Position numbers and translations under genes: made by a program
Origin: Defluviitaleaceae bacterium
Lineage (GTDB): Bacteria > Bacillota > Clostridia > Lachnospirales > WRAX01
Direction: 5' to 3'
DNA length: 62,767 nucleotides
Assembly (NCBI GenBank): GCA_009785595.1
Contig: WQVZ01000002.1
Coordinates: forward strand, 1-62,767
Shown here: piece by piece, positions 55,260 through 62,767 of the stretch
Layout: the number at the start of each line of letters is the position of its first letter
Position numbering within the stretch: position 1 is the first letter of the stretch
The notes under the pieces: model-generated
Database searches by the model: none
What the model saw: the letters and a program-made list of their open reading frames with translations, nothing else
What the model was told of the DNA's origin: nothing

Positions 55260-55304
55260 AGACATTGTTCGGAAACCTTGCCTAACCAATTTCTGAACAA
55301 GTCT
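55260..55304. repeat. MITE-like element, short degenerate form (M5)
   Basis: AGACATTGTTCGGAAACCTTGCCTAACCAATTTCTGAACAAGTCT matches the left 35 bp of M3 plus the right TIR. Confidence 0.55.
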
Positions 55305-55355
55305 ATTGTCATACCTTAGCTTACTATCAAGAGGGGTTGCGTGTCAACAAAAAAA

Positions 55356-56015
55356 TTACACATGGGCATCAAAATCGACGGCTTGCTCGGCTTGCTCCAG
55401 TTTGGCTACGGACACTTCAAAGGCGGTTTTTTCCACCACGTCGCCATCTTCCATCTTTTTTTGGTACAACCTGCTTTGCATACGCCCCCAAAGCTTTATG
55501 TTGTCGCCTACCTCCAGCTTCGAGCCGAAGCGGGCGTTGCGGCCCCAGGTTATACAGGGGATATAGTCAGATTTGTTATAAGAGCGGTTGACGGCCAAAA
55601 GCAGGTCACAAATTTCCCGGCCAAATGGGGTTGTACGATAAATAGGCGGCTTGCATATGTAACCATCCAGATGCACCTCATTGGGGTTTTCTTTGTGCAG
55701 CCCTTCTCTAAGCTCATAATCTTTAGCAAAAACCGTCAAAACAAGGCGGTTGCGCCGCTCTTCTTCAATAAAGTTGTTGTAAGAGCGTATTTGGCCAGAT
55801 ATGTCTATATCCACGCCTGGCACAAACTTATCCTTGTCCATTATGCGTTCGGAAATAGTAATGGGCAATAGGTCGTGGGTGTCGCTTAGGCGCGGCACCA
55901 AAAGATCAAAGCTATAAAAGCCCTCCCCATAGACATCATGGCTAAAGCTGGGCTGTGTGGCGATTTTTCCTAAAAGGCCAATGCGGTTGTTTGTGCTGGG
56001 ATTCTCTGTCTGCAT
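55356..56015 (-). CDS. SSB-family protein with two OB folds, no acidic tail
   Basis: Two repeats of an OB-like pattern (IGLLGKIATQP..., VHLDGYICKPP...). The C-terminus lacks DDxxPF. Confidence 0.5.
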   Translation of the reverse strand: MQTENPSTNNRIGLLGKIATQPSFSHDVYGEGFYSFDLLVPRLSDTHDLLPITISERIMDKDKFVPGVDIDISGQIRSYNNFIEEERRNRLVLTVFAKDYELREGLHKENPNEVHLDGYICKPPIYRTTPFGREICDLLLAVNRSYNKSDYIPCITWGRNARFGSKLEVGDNIKLWGRMQSRLYQKKMEDGDVVEKTAFEVSVAKLEQAEQAVDFDAHV

Positions 56016-56114
56016 ATTTTTGCTCCTTTCGTATATCTCCAGAATAATGTCGAGTGTTCATGACAATTCTATTTTATCTTTTGAAAAAATATTACTGCTT
56101 GGCAACATTTTGGC

Positions 56115-56136
56115 TAAGGTCTGTCGACAGACCTTA
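56115..56136. promoter_or_regulatory. perfect 22-bp palindrome in a divergent intergenic region
   Basis: TAAGGTCTGTC|GACAGACCTTA. Confidence 0.5.
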
Positions 56137-56161
56137 TACCCGGCCGCAATATTTTGCGTCA

Positions 56162-56190
56162 TTGTATTTTATCCATTTGCGTGATATAAT
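56162..56190 (+). promoter_or_regulatory. candidate sigma-A promoter of the GH18 gene
   Basis: TTGTAT, 17 nt, then TGA-TATAAT. Confidence 0.4.
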
Positions 56191-56225
56191 ATTTACACAG
56201 TCATAATGTTGCAGGAGGTAGAATT

Positions 56226-58079
56226 TTGTCAAACAACAGAAAAAACAAGGGTGCAGCCCTGGTGGTTATATCAATAATTTTGCTGGGTATAATTGCTGCG
56301 GGTGGTGTGCTGGTTTATAATTTATTTTTTGGCCAAGGTACCCAAGAAGCACCTGACACAGCCAATACGGAGGAAATTGATTTTTTTGAACATTACGGAC
56401 ATCTGGACAACCGCCGCATAAATGTGGTAATGCGCGGCGATATTGTGGCGGTGCCCACTGCCCCTGTATTCATTGACGGCGGACTGCACCTGCCCGCCGA
56501 CTTTTTGCGCCAATATATAGACCGCTATATATTTTGGGAAGCAAACACCGGCCGTCTTACCATAACCAATATGGACCAGGTTACGCGCTTTTATCCTAAT
56601 GATACCACATATACCTTAAATTGGGAAGAACAACAATTAGTACATCCAATACGCGAACTTGGAGGCATGGCGTTTATGGCTGCCGATATGGTTATGCAGC
56701 GTTATCCTGTCACCATAACCTATCAAGAAGAATATAACCTGGTTTTAATAGATTTTCATCGTTATGCACGTACATTTTACACAGTGGCGATGGATGAGAG
56801 TGGCGAAGAAAGTTGGGCTGCCCTGCGTTTTGGGCCAAACAATCAATACCCCATTATGGCCAGACTTTTTGACGGGGACAGAGTGTTGTATATCGAAGCC
56901 CATCGGGAATATAACGAAGAAGGCGAAAATGGGGAATATAGCAGGTATTGGCGTGTGCGTACGGAAAGTGGCCTAGTGGGTTATATATCGGCGGATAATT
57001 TAAGCCGGGTAAATTATATCCCTGCTGTGCCACAAATAGAACAACGCCGCCCCATTACCCGCCCCTTTGACGGTCATATACACTTTACCTGGCACCACAT
57101 GGGTGTTAACAACCCGGACACATGGGTTGTCCCGCCGGGCTTGAATGCCATATCCCCCGTGTGGTTTAGCTTTGATGAAGATCCCAGCGGTAACTTTACT
57201 GGCAATATTACCAGCTGGGTAAACAATCAATATTTAGCCTGGGCCCGCGCCAATGGCATTGAAGTGTGGCCAATGATATGGGACGCAACCTCTGACGGGG
57301 CCTTTAGTGCCGCCATAAGCCGTGCTGTCCTTACAAATGCCTATGTGCGGGATAATGTTATTGCTCAATTGATGGAATTTATACGTCGGTACAATCTGGA
57401 CGGCATTCAGGTGGATTTTGAGGCGGTACAAGAGGATTTTGCTGATGAATGGATACAATTTTTGCGGGAACTGGCCGTGCCTATGCGCCAGGCAGGGGCT
57501 GTGCTGTCTGCGGCTACAAAGGTACCTATGCCCCACAATATGTTTTGGAATCGCACAGAAATCGGCTTGACGGTGGATTATGTCATGATTATGGCCTATG
57601 ACGAACATTGGCGCACATCTCCAACTGCCGGGCCTGTGGCCAGCTTTACATGGGTGCAGCACGCTGTACGCGCCACCCTAGAAGAGGTGCCGCGGGAGCA
57701 AATTATCGTTGGTCTGCCCACATATGTAAACATATGGCGCGAAGAGATTATCGACGGCGAATGGCGGGTGGTTAACGCTACGGATCGCAGTCAAGATAAC
57801 CCGGTGGCCAGGCAAATTAGCATGAATTTTGCCCGCAGTTTTATGACCGAACGAGGTGCCACGTCTTATTGGGATTATATCCTGCGCCAATATTATTACG
57901 AGGTGGAATTTACGGAAAACGGTGTGGAAATGCGATATCGGGCGTGGCTGGATGATGCGCGCTCTATGGACGAAAAACTTTCCATCCTTAACCAATACAA
58001 CCTGGCCGGCGTGGGTTTTTGGCAAAAATATCTGGCCCATGCGTGGATGTGGGACTTGGTGTACGAACATTTGAATTAA
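56226..58079 (+). CDS. glycoside hydrolase family 18 protein (YaaH/SleL-like) with stalk and SH3-like domains
   Basis: Catalytic DGIQVDFE motif and an N-terminal signal anchor. TTG start follows a GGAGG RBS. Confidence 0.75.
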   Translation: MSNNRKNKGAALVVISIILLGIIAAGGVLVYNLFFGQGTQEAPDTANTEEIDFFEHYGHLDNRRINVVMRGDIVAVPTAPVFIDGGLHLPADFLRQYIDRYIFWEANTGRLTITNMDQVTRFYPNDTTYTLNWEEQQLVHPIRELGGMAFMAADMVMQRYPVTITYQEEYNLVLIDFHRYARTFYTVAMDESGEESWAALRFGPNNQYPIMARLFDGDRVLYIEAHREYNEEGENGEYSRYWRVRTESGLVGYISADNLSRVNYIPAVPQIEQRRPITRPFDGHIHFTWHHMGVNNPDTWVVPPGLNAISPVWFSFDEDPSGNFTGNITSWVNNQYLAWARANGIEVWPMIWDATSDGAFSAAISRAVLTNAYVRDNVIAQLMEFIRRYNLDGIQVDFEAVQEDFADEWIQFLRELAVPMRQAGAVLSAATKVPMPHNMFWNRTEIGLTVDYVMIMAYDEHWRTSPTAGPVASFTWVQHAVRATLEEVPREQIIVGLPTYVNIWREEIIDGEWRVVNATDRSQDNPVARQISMNFARSFMTERGATSYWDYILRQYYYEVEFTENGVEMRYRAWLDDARSMDEKLSILNQYNLAGVGFWQKYLAHAWMWDLVYEHLN

Positions 58080-58116
58080 CCGGCATCATTTTTCAAACAC
58101 AAAAAAGGAGATCACC

Positions 58117-58941
58117 ATGAAATATTTTGACGCACACGCGCACTACATCGGAAAACGCTATAACAAAGACCGTCACCGCCTTTTAACCCACATGCACAAA
58201 AATGGTGTGGAATATATAGTAAACTCCACCAGCACATTGGAGCTGGAAGAAGGCCTGCAACTGGCCAAAGAATACGACTTTGTATACCTTAGCATAGGCG
58301 ACAACGCCGCATATACCTCTGGGCCGGAGGGAGACAAATACATCAGCGACGAAATGCTGGAGAGAATGATAAAGATCTGTCAGCGTAACAAAAAGGTCGT
58401 GGCCTGGGGCGAAATAGGTATTGATCTGCGCAGGGAAGCGGAGCGCAGCAAGGAGTATCCCAACGGCACCCAAAACCAAATATACTGGTTTAAAAAACAG
58501 CTGGATGCCGCAAAGCAAGTGAAGTTGCCCGTGGTAATTCACTCCGGCGATGCTTGCCAGATGGTTTTTGACATCCTAAAAGAAGCCGATATGCCAAATT
58601 ATGGCCGCGGCCGCGGCATGATACACTGCTATCTTGGTACCCCGCAAATGGCCCTGGAATATATAGAAATGGGTTATCTCATTAGCGTCACCGGGGTTGT
58701 CACTCACAAATCTGCAAGGGGGCGTAATCTTGTCGAAGTCGTCAAAAAAGTCCCTCTGGAAAATATGCTAATCGAAACCGATTGTCCATACCTTACACCA
58801 GAACCTATCCGCAATGAAAGAAACGATTCTGCCAACCTTAAATTTGTGGCGGAAAAAATAGCGCAAATAAAAAACACCACGCCGGAAGAAGTGGCCAGGG
58901 CCACAACCGCCAATGCGCGGGCGTTTTTTGGGATATCGTAG
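58117..58941 (+). CDS. tatD: TatD-family hydrolase
   Basis: DAHAH N-terminus, VVIHSGDA and ETDCPYL motifs. Confidence 0.85.
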   Translation: MKYFDAHAHYIGKRYNKDRHRLLTHMHKNGVEYIVNSTSTLELEEGLQLAKEYDFVYLSIGDNAAYTSGPEGDKYISDEMLERMIKICQRNKKVVAWGEIGIDLRREAERSKEYPNGTQNQIYWFKKQLDAAKQVKLPVVIHSGDACQMVFDILKEADMPNYGRGRGMIHCYLGTPQMALEYIEMGYLISVTGVVTHKSARGRNLVEVVKKVPLENMLIETDCPYLTPEPIRNERNDSANLKFVAEKIAQIKNTTPEEVARATTANARAFFGIS

Positions 58942-58961
58942 GGGCGAACTGCGTTCGCCCG
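58938..58961 (+). repeat. REP-like GC hairpin, copy 16 (forward orientation)
   Basis: GTAGGGGCGAAC-TGC-GTTCGCCCG. The TAG at 58939-58941 is the tatD stop. Confidence 0.7.
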
Positions 58962-58981
58962 CAGGATAGCACCACCGTTAT

Positions 58982-59761
58982 CTACAACTTATCCCGGCTA
59001 AAGATCACCGCTACATTCCCTTCTCTATATATCCTGCCTTCACGCTCCGGCAGCCTGTCAAATGGCCTGGACTTCTCTACGCATATACTTTTGGCCACGC
59101 TTATAAATTTCTTAAAATATTCTTCTTTGGCAAAAGGCCTGGTATCATGGCCTATAAAAAAGGTATCAAAGGGCAAGGTGCCCACCCGCTCTAACATAGC
59201 GGCATAATCCGCAATTGACGTGGATTCTGCCAAAAACACCCATGTACAGGTATTGGCGGCGTCGCTGTTAAGCAGCACGCCTTTTTCCCGCACCAAAATA
59301 CCCACAGAACCCTGGGTGTGGCCCTCCATGGGTACCACTTCCGCCGTCAGACCGCCAAGGTCAAAAACCTGCCCGTCCTCCAGTTTTTTCAAATTGCCGG
59401 CACCCCTGTGTATATATGTTTCGGCATCAAAACCCTCCGGCGGGGTTGCCAGTCTTTCGAGCACCCTACGACGTCCCGTCCTAGAGGCATGGCGCAAACA
59501 CAGCTCATAATCATCCGCGCCAATCCAGGCCTCTTCAAACTGATATGCCCCATTGGCATGATCTAAATGACCATGTCCTAATACCACTGTAACGGGCAAA
59601 TCCGTAATCTCCCGCACCGCAGGCTCTATAGGCATTATGCCATAGCCTGTGTCATACAAAAGTGCCATATTATTGCCCACAACCAGGTACATATATGTGT
59701 CCATGGGGTCGTGTATGGCCCACAGCCACGGATAAATCTTTTTTGTTGCGTAATATCCCAT
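58982..59761 (-). CDS. MBL-fold metallo-hydrolase
   Basis: HGHLDH motif. GAGGTGAT RBS precedes ATG 59761. Confidence 0.75.
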   Translation of the reverse strand: MGYYATKKIYPWLWAIHDPMDTYMYLVVGNNMALLYDTGYGIMPIEPAVREITDLPVTVVLGHGHLDHANGAYQFEEAWIGADDYELCLRHASRTGRRRVLERLATPPEGFDAETYIHRGAGNLKKLEDGQVFDLGGLTAEVVPMEGHTQGSVGILVREKGVLLNSDAANTCTWVFLAESTSIADYAAMLERVGTLPFDTFFIGHDTRPFAKEEYFKKFISVAKSICVEKSRPFDRLPEREGRIYREGNVAVIFSRDKL

Positions 59762-59820
59762 AAAGATCACCTCATATTTTTCCAAATTGCTATTAAAAAC
59801 TGTTCGGTCGCCCGACCACA

Positions 59821-60192
59821 TTAATACGCATGGGGCAGCAAATCCCTAATAGTCACCACCACGCCATCGGCCACCATAACCTGCGTATCCATATTGCCGT
59901 CATGTATCTGCCTTATAAATTCCCGGCATCTGCCGCATGGCGGCAAAATGCCGCTGCGGCCCACGGCTACTATTTTTTGTATTTTATGCTCGCCGGCCGT
60001 TACCATTGCGGCAATTGCGGCGTGTTCGGCGCAAAAGCCCATGCCACATGGAGTATCAATGCATACGCCAAGGTATATATTGCCGCCGCAGGTAAGCAAA
60101 GCGGTGGCAACGCTGCCGGCTGTGGTGTCTTGGGATAGCTGCCGCGGACCAAGGACGCCGCGGGCTTTTTCTATTAGTTGAGTAAATTCCAT
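59821..60192 (-). CDS. cytidine/deoxycytidylate deaminase family protein
   Basis: CAEHAAI and PCGRCRE zinc motifs. Confidence 0.75.
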   Translation of the reverse strand: MEFTQLIEKARGVLGPRQLSQDTTAGSVATALLTCGGNIYLGVCIDTPCGMGFCAEHAAIAAMVTAGEHKIQKIVAVGRSGILPPCGRCREFIRQIHDGNMDTQVMVADGVVVTIRDLLPHAY

Positions 60193-60195
60193 AAA

Positions 60196-62766
60196 TTACA
60201 CCTCTATTTTAACATATCTGTGCAAAATATACTTACGCATACCCATATAGTCCAGTAGTCGTCTGTCCATGGCCACTACGGCCTCTTGCAGCTGATGTCG
60301 CTCTTGGTCGGTTATGGTTTGTGGGCTGTACCGCGCCCTGGAGAAGGTGCGGGCCAGACTTTCCATGGTTATTCTGTCGCCTTGGAAGCTGCCCACCTTT
60401 TTGTTAACCCGGTCGGCAAATTCTATCACTGTTTCGTGGTCGCCTATTTTGTAGTTAAAGAGGTACAAATATCGCAGTAATCTTTGGAAATAGACCTGAA
60501 CGGCCTCGTTATTGTCTTTGCGCTCCACACGGGCGTCTCTTATCTTTACATATGCCACACGGGCGGCAAAGATGGCGGCAATTAGAGCCAACACGGTTAT
60601 TATGGAGTTTATCATAATTCTACCAAGGCCGGTTGTTTGGTCGGCTTCGGTACTGGGTCCGGCACCTGCATCCCCATTGGGCGTAATACGGTCGTATGGG
60701 CTACCCGCACCGTTATAATACATGCCATCCAAAAATTGATCCCAGTCTACGTAATCTCCATTAAGAAAATGGAAGTCCGGCCCAAGATCCTCCGGGACAT
60801 AGCCTGGAGCAAAAATGGCATCCGGCGGCGTGGGGTCAAAGATATGCCAGCCAAAGCCCTCGAAGTATACCTCTGCCCAGGCATGGCCGCTGCGGTTTAA
60901 AACATCATGATAGCCGTATTGGTTTGCTTCTCCCGTAACAATAAAGCCCTCTACATAGCGGGTGGGTATGCCCAAGGCACGGGCCATGACAACAAAAGCC
61001 GAGGCAAAGAAAGTGCAATAGCCCTCTTGTATATCAAAAAGAAAATGGTCAACAAAATCCCGGCCCGCCGGAGTGTTGCCCGGTGTAAGGGTGTAAGAGA
61101 AATTGCCGCTGTCCCGTAAAAAGCTGTTTATAGTCATGACTTTTTCCAATGTGGTTTCCGCGCCTGCCTGTTGCACCAACAGCTCTGCCAAATCTATAAT
61201 TCTTTGGGGCAAATTCTCCGGCAGGGTGGTGTATATTTCATTTATCCGGTCCGCACGGGGTATCAGGTATTCGCTTAACAACCGATAATAAGGCATATAT
61301 TCATCATTGCGGCCGAAGTTAATGACCGATGCATCAAAACCATCGGCTTGAGCCTGGCGCACACGGTCATAAACATCCCGTAACACTCCAGGATAACTGG
61401 TTGCTATAAGCTCTTCCCGGTTTATATGTTCCGGCAGGTCGGCATAAATTATAAAATACCTGGCCCAGCGGCGCATTAGGTGTTCGGCCTGTACCGATCC
61501 GCTGTAATTACGTATAAAATTCATATCATACTCCGGCGGAAAGAAATCGGACACAATACCTGTGGTAAACACAGTGAAACTGCGGTGGATATGGTCTACC
61601 ACCAGGGTGTTTTCGTCAAGGGTAACATCAAAGGCATATGTAAGATTGACGGGTTTTTCGGGGTCTGTAAACAGGGGTCTGGACGGGATAAACGACATAA
61701 GTCCCCACAGGAGGGTGATGGGAGCCAAGCCATCTTCATCGCCAAAATGTGTCAAAAAATGCTCGAAAGAGCCAAAATGGGCAACATTAGTAGGGTTGGC
61801 ATAAAACATGCGCCTAAGACTGTTCATAGCAGCCGTATATTCATCAAAAAATCCATCAGCCACCCACATGGTAAATAGACTGGATTGACGCTCCAAAAGC
61901 TCCGCATTTTGCATTGTGGTGCCAAAATCCAGTACATACACACCATCGGCCAGGGTGTTTTGCCAGGAGTACCCCGTATATTGGTCAAAAATATTGCCTG
62001 AAAGATACACCGGTCCGGGATGGTTTACGCGCAGCACACGGTCATAATTTGCCGTAACATTGCCGCCTAAGCGGCGGGTTGTGCCTGTGCCGAAGCCCGT
62101 CTGGGCCAAGGAAAAGTGGCGGGGATGAAACATTTCTTGCAGGTTACGGTTTAGGGCGGTAAATGGGCGGTTAATAAAGTTTTCTCTAAAATCCGCCGTA
62201 GGGGCCGGCAGGGCAATGGCCAGTGCCAGGCATATGGCCGTAAAGGGCAGGGCATACAGGGCAAAAGGTGATGCCATGCCGCCTTGCTTCATGATGCGCC
62301 AGTTAAGATGCCTAACAAGAAAGGCAATGATGCAAAACACAAAGGCGTAGAATGACAAGTTGTAGAAAAAGAAGCCGCTGTTAAGCACGAGACCAAAGGT
62401 AACGGCAGATATGGCCAACAGGGCAAAATAATTAAACCACAAAAAGCCGAAAGCAAAAACGAAAACGGCAAAGCCGACGGCCACTGACCATTGTATGAAA
62501 GTGCCGTAGACGGCTTGATAAGGCTCGAACCCCGTAACAAAGGAAACAACAGAGGATATAAAGTCTATCAACCTAAAAAACACGGGTGTGTTGCCGTGTG
62601 CCACATCCGGGTTGTAGGCCAAAACACCAATAAGCATAAACACCAAGGCCACACCCACCACGGCCGCGGCGGATATAAGTGTGTATTTGTTTATAAAAAT
62701 AAGTCGCAGCAAGCCCAGCACAAAAAACACCCGGATGAACATAACAAAAGGCACAAGAACAAACAC
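60196..62766 (-). CDS. transglutaminase-like domain membrane protein (5' end outside window)
   Basis: Polytopic N-region and a transglutaminase core (GYCTFFASAFVVMARALGIPTRYVEGF...GHAWAEVY...DPT). The ORF is open at the window edge. Confidence 0.75.
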   Translation of the reverse strand: MFVLVPFVMFIRVFFVLGLLRLIFINKYTLISAAAVVGVALVFMLIGVLAYNPDVAHGNTPVFFRLIDFISSVVSFVTGFEPYQAVYGTFIQWSVAVGFAVFVFAFGFLWFNYFALLAISAVTFGLVLNSGFFFYNLSFYAFVFCIIAFLVRHLNWRIMKQGGMASPFALYALPFTAICLALAIALPAPTADFRENFINRPFTALNRNLQEMFHPRHFSLAQTGFGTGTTRRLGGNVTANYDRVLRVNHPGPVYLSGNIFDQYTGYSWQNTLADGVYVLDFGTTMQNAELLERQSSLFTMWVADGFFDEYTAAMNSLRRMFYANPTNVAHFGSFEHFLTHFGDEDGLAPITLLWGLMSFIPSRPLFTDPEKPVNLTYAFDVTLDENTLVVDHIHRSFTVFTTGIVSDFFPPEYDMNFIRNYSGSVQAEHLMRRWARYFIIYADLPEHINREELIATSYPGVLRDVYDRVRQAQADGFDASVINFGRNDEYMPYYRLLSEYLIPRADRINEIYTTLPENLPQRIIDLAELLVQQAGAETTLEKVMTINSFLRDSGNFSYTLTPGNTPAGRDFVDHFLFDIQEGYCTFFASAFVVMARALGIPTRYVEGFIVTGEANQYGYHDVLNRSGHAWAEVYFEGFGWHIFDPTPPDAIFAPGYVPEDLGPDFHFLNGDYVDWDQFLDGMYYNGAGSPYDRITPNGDAGAGPSTEADQTTGLGRIMINSIITVLALIAAIFAARVAYVKIRDARVERKDNNEAVQVYFQRLLRYLYLFNYKIGDHETVIEFADRVNKKVGSFQGDRITMESLARTFSRARYSPQTITDQERHQLQEAVVAMDRRLLDYMGMRKYILHRYVKIEV

Positions 62767-62767
62767 C

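Noticed and set aside
1819-58961. Whether the GC hairpin copies could be a CRISPR array or terminators.
   Set aside because: The copies are kilobases apart with no regular spacing and no cas genes, so this is not CRISPR. None of the copies I checked has a 3' U-tract, so they are not classical terminators.
59930-59960. A REP-like core (GGCGGCAAAATGCCGC) inside the deaminase gene.
   Set aside because: It encodes the conserved PCGRC zinc-ligand motif and lacks the GGGCG/CGCCC ends and the tail, so it is probably a coincidence.

Overview
This 62.8 kb window looks like a chromosomal segment of an endospore-forming Firmicute. The Clostridia-type gene content includes spoVAA-AE, bofA, a DUF512-der-plsY block and two murA copies. 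Most of it is tightly packed housekeeping: asnB, an ECF sigma/anti-sigma pair, thrS, recU, prfB (programmed +1 frameshift), secA, rpsF-ssb-rpsR, der, plsY, pgeF, pdxK, tatD and cdd. Envelope and sporulation genes include a degenerate M23 peptidase, S41, GH18, GHL10, PrsW and a rhomboid protease. There are six tRNA genes (Thr-GGU, Ala-GGC, Glu-UUC, Cys-GCA, Leu-UAA, Gly-UCC) plus one tRNA fragment. I found no rRNA, no CRISPR array, no intact IS element, no integrase and no prophage, and no convincing multi-gene defence-type system. The unusual signals are mostly non-coding. (1) At least 16 copies of a GC-rich REP-like hairpin carry a conserved GTAG head that supplies the TAG stop codon of five genes, and one copy sits in-frame inside a CDS. 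(2) A second, MITE-like inverted-repeat family has five copies in long and short forms. (3) A T-box riboswitch that I read by eye as Tyr-specific controls a tyrosine phenol-lyase/tryptophanase-family enzyme plus a GNAT. (4) A tRNA-Thr gene serves as the immediate leader of a TGS-less thrS. (5) A 29-bp tandem duplication covers the prfB start. (6) AT-rich remnants next to tRNA genes carry complementary FRG-domain pseudogene fragments. All calls come from reading the sequence and recalling protein families; no searches were run.
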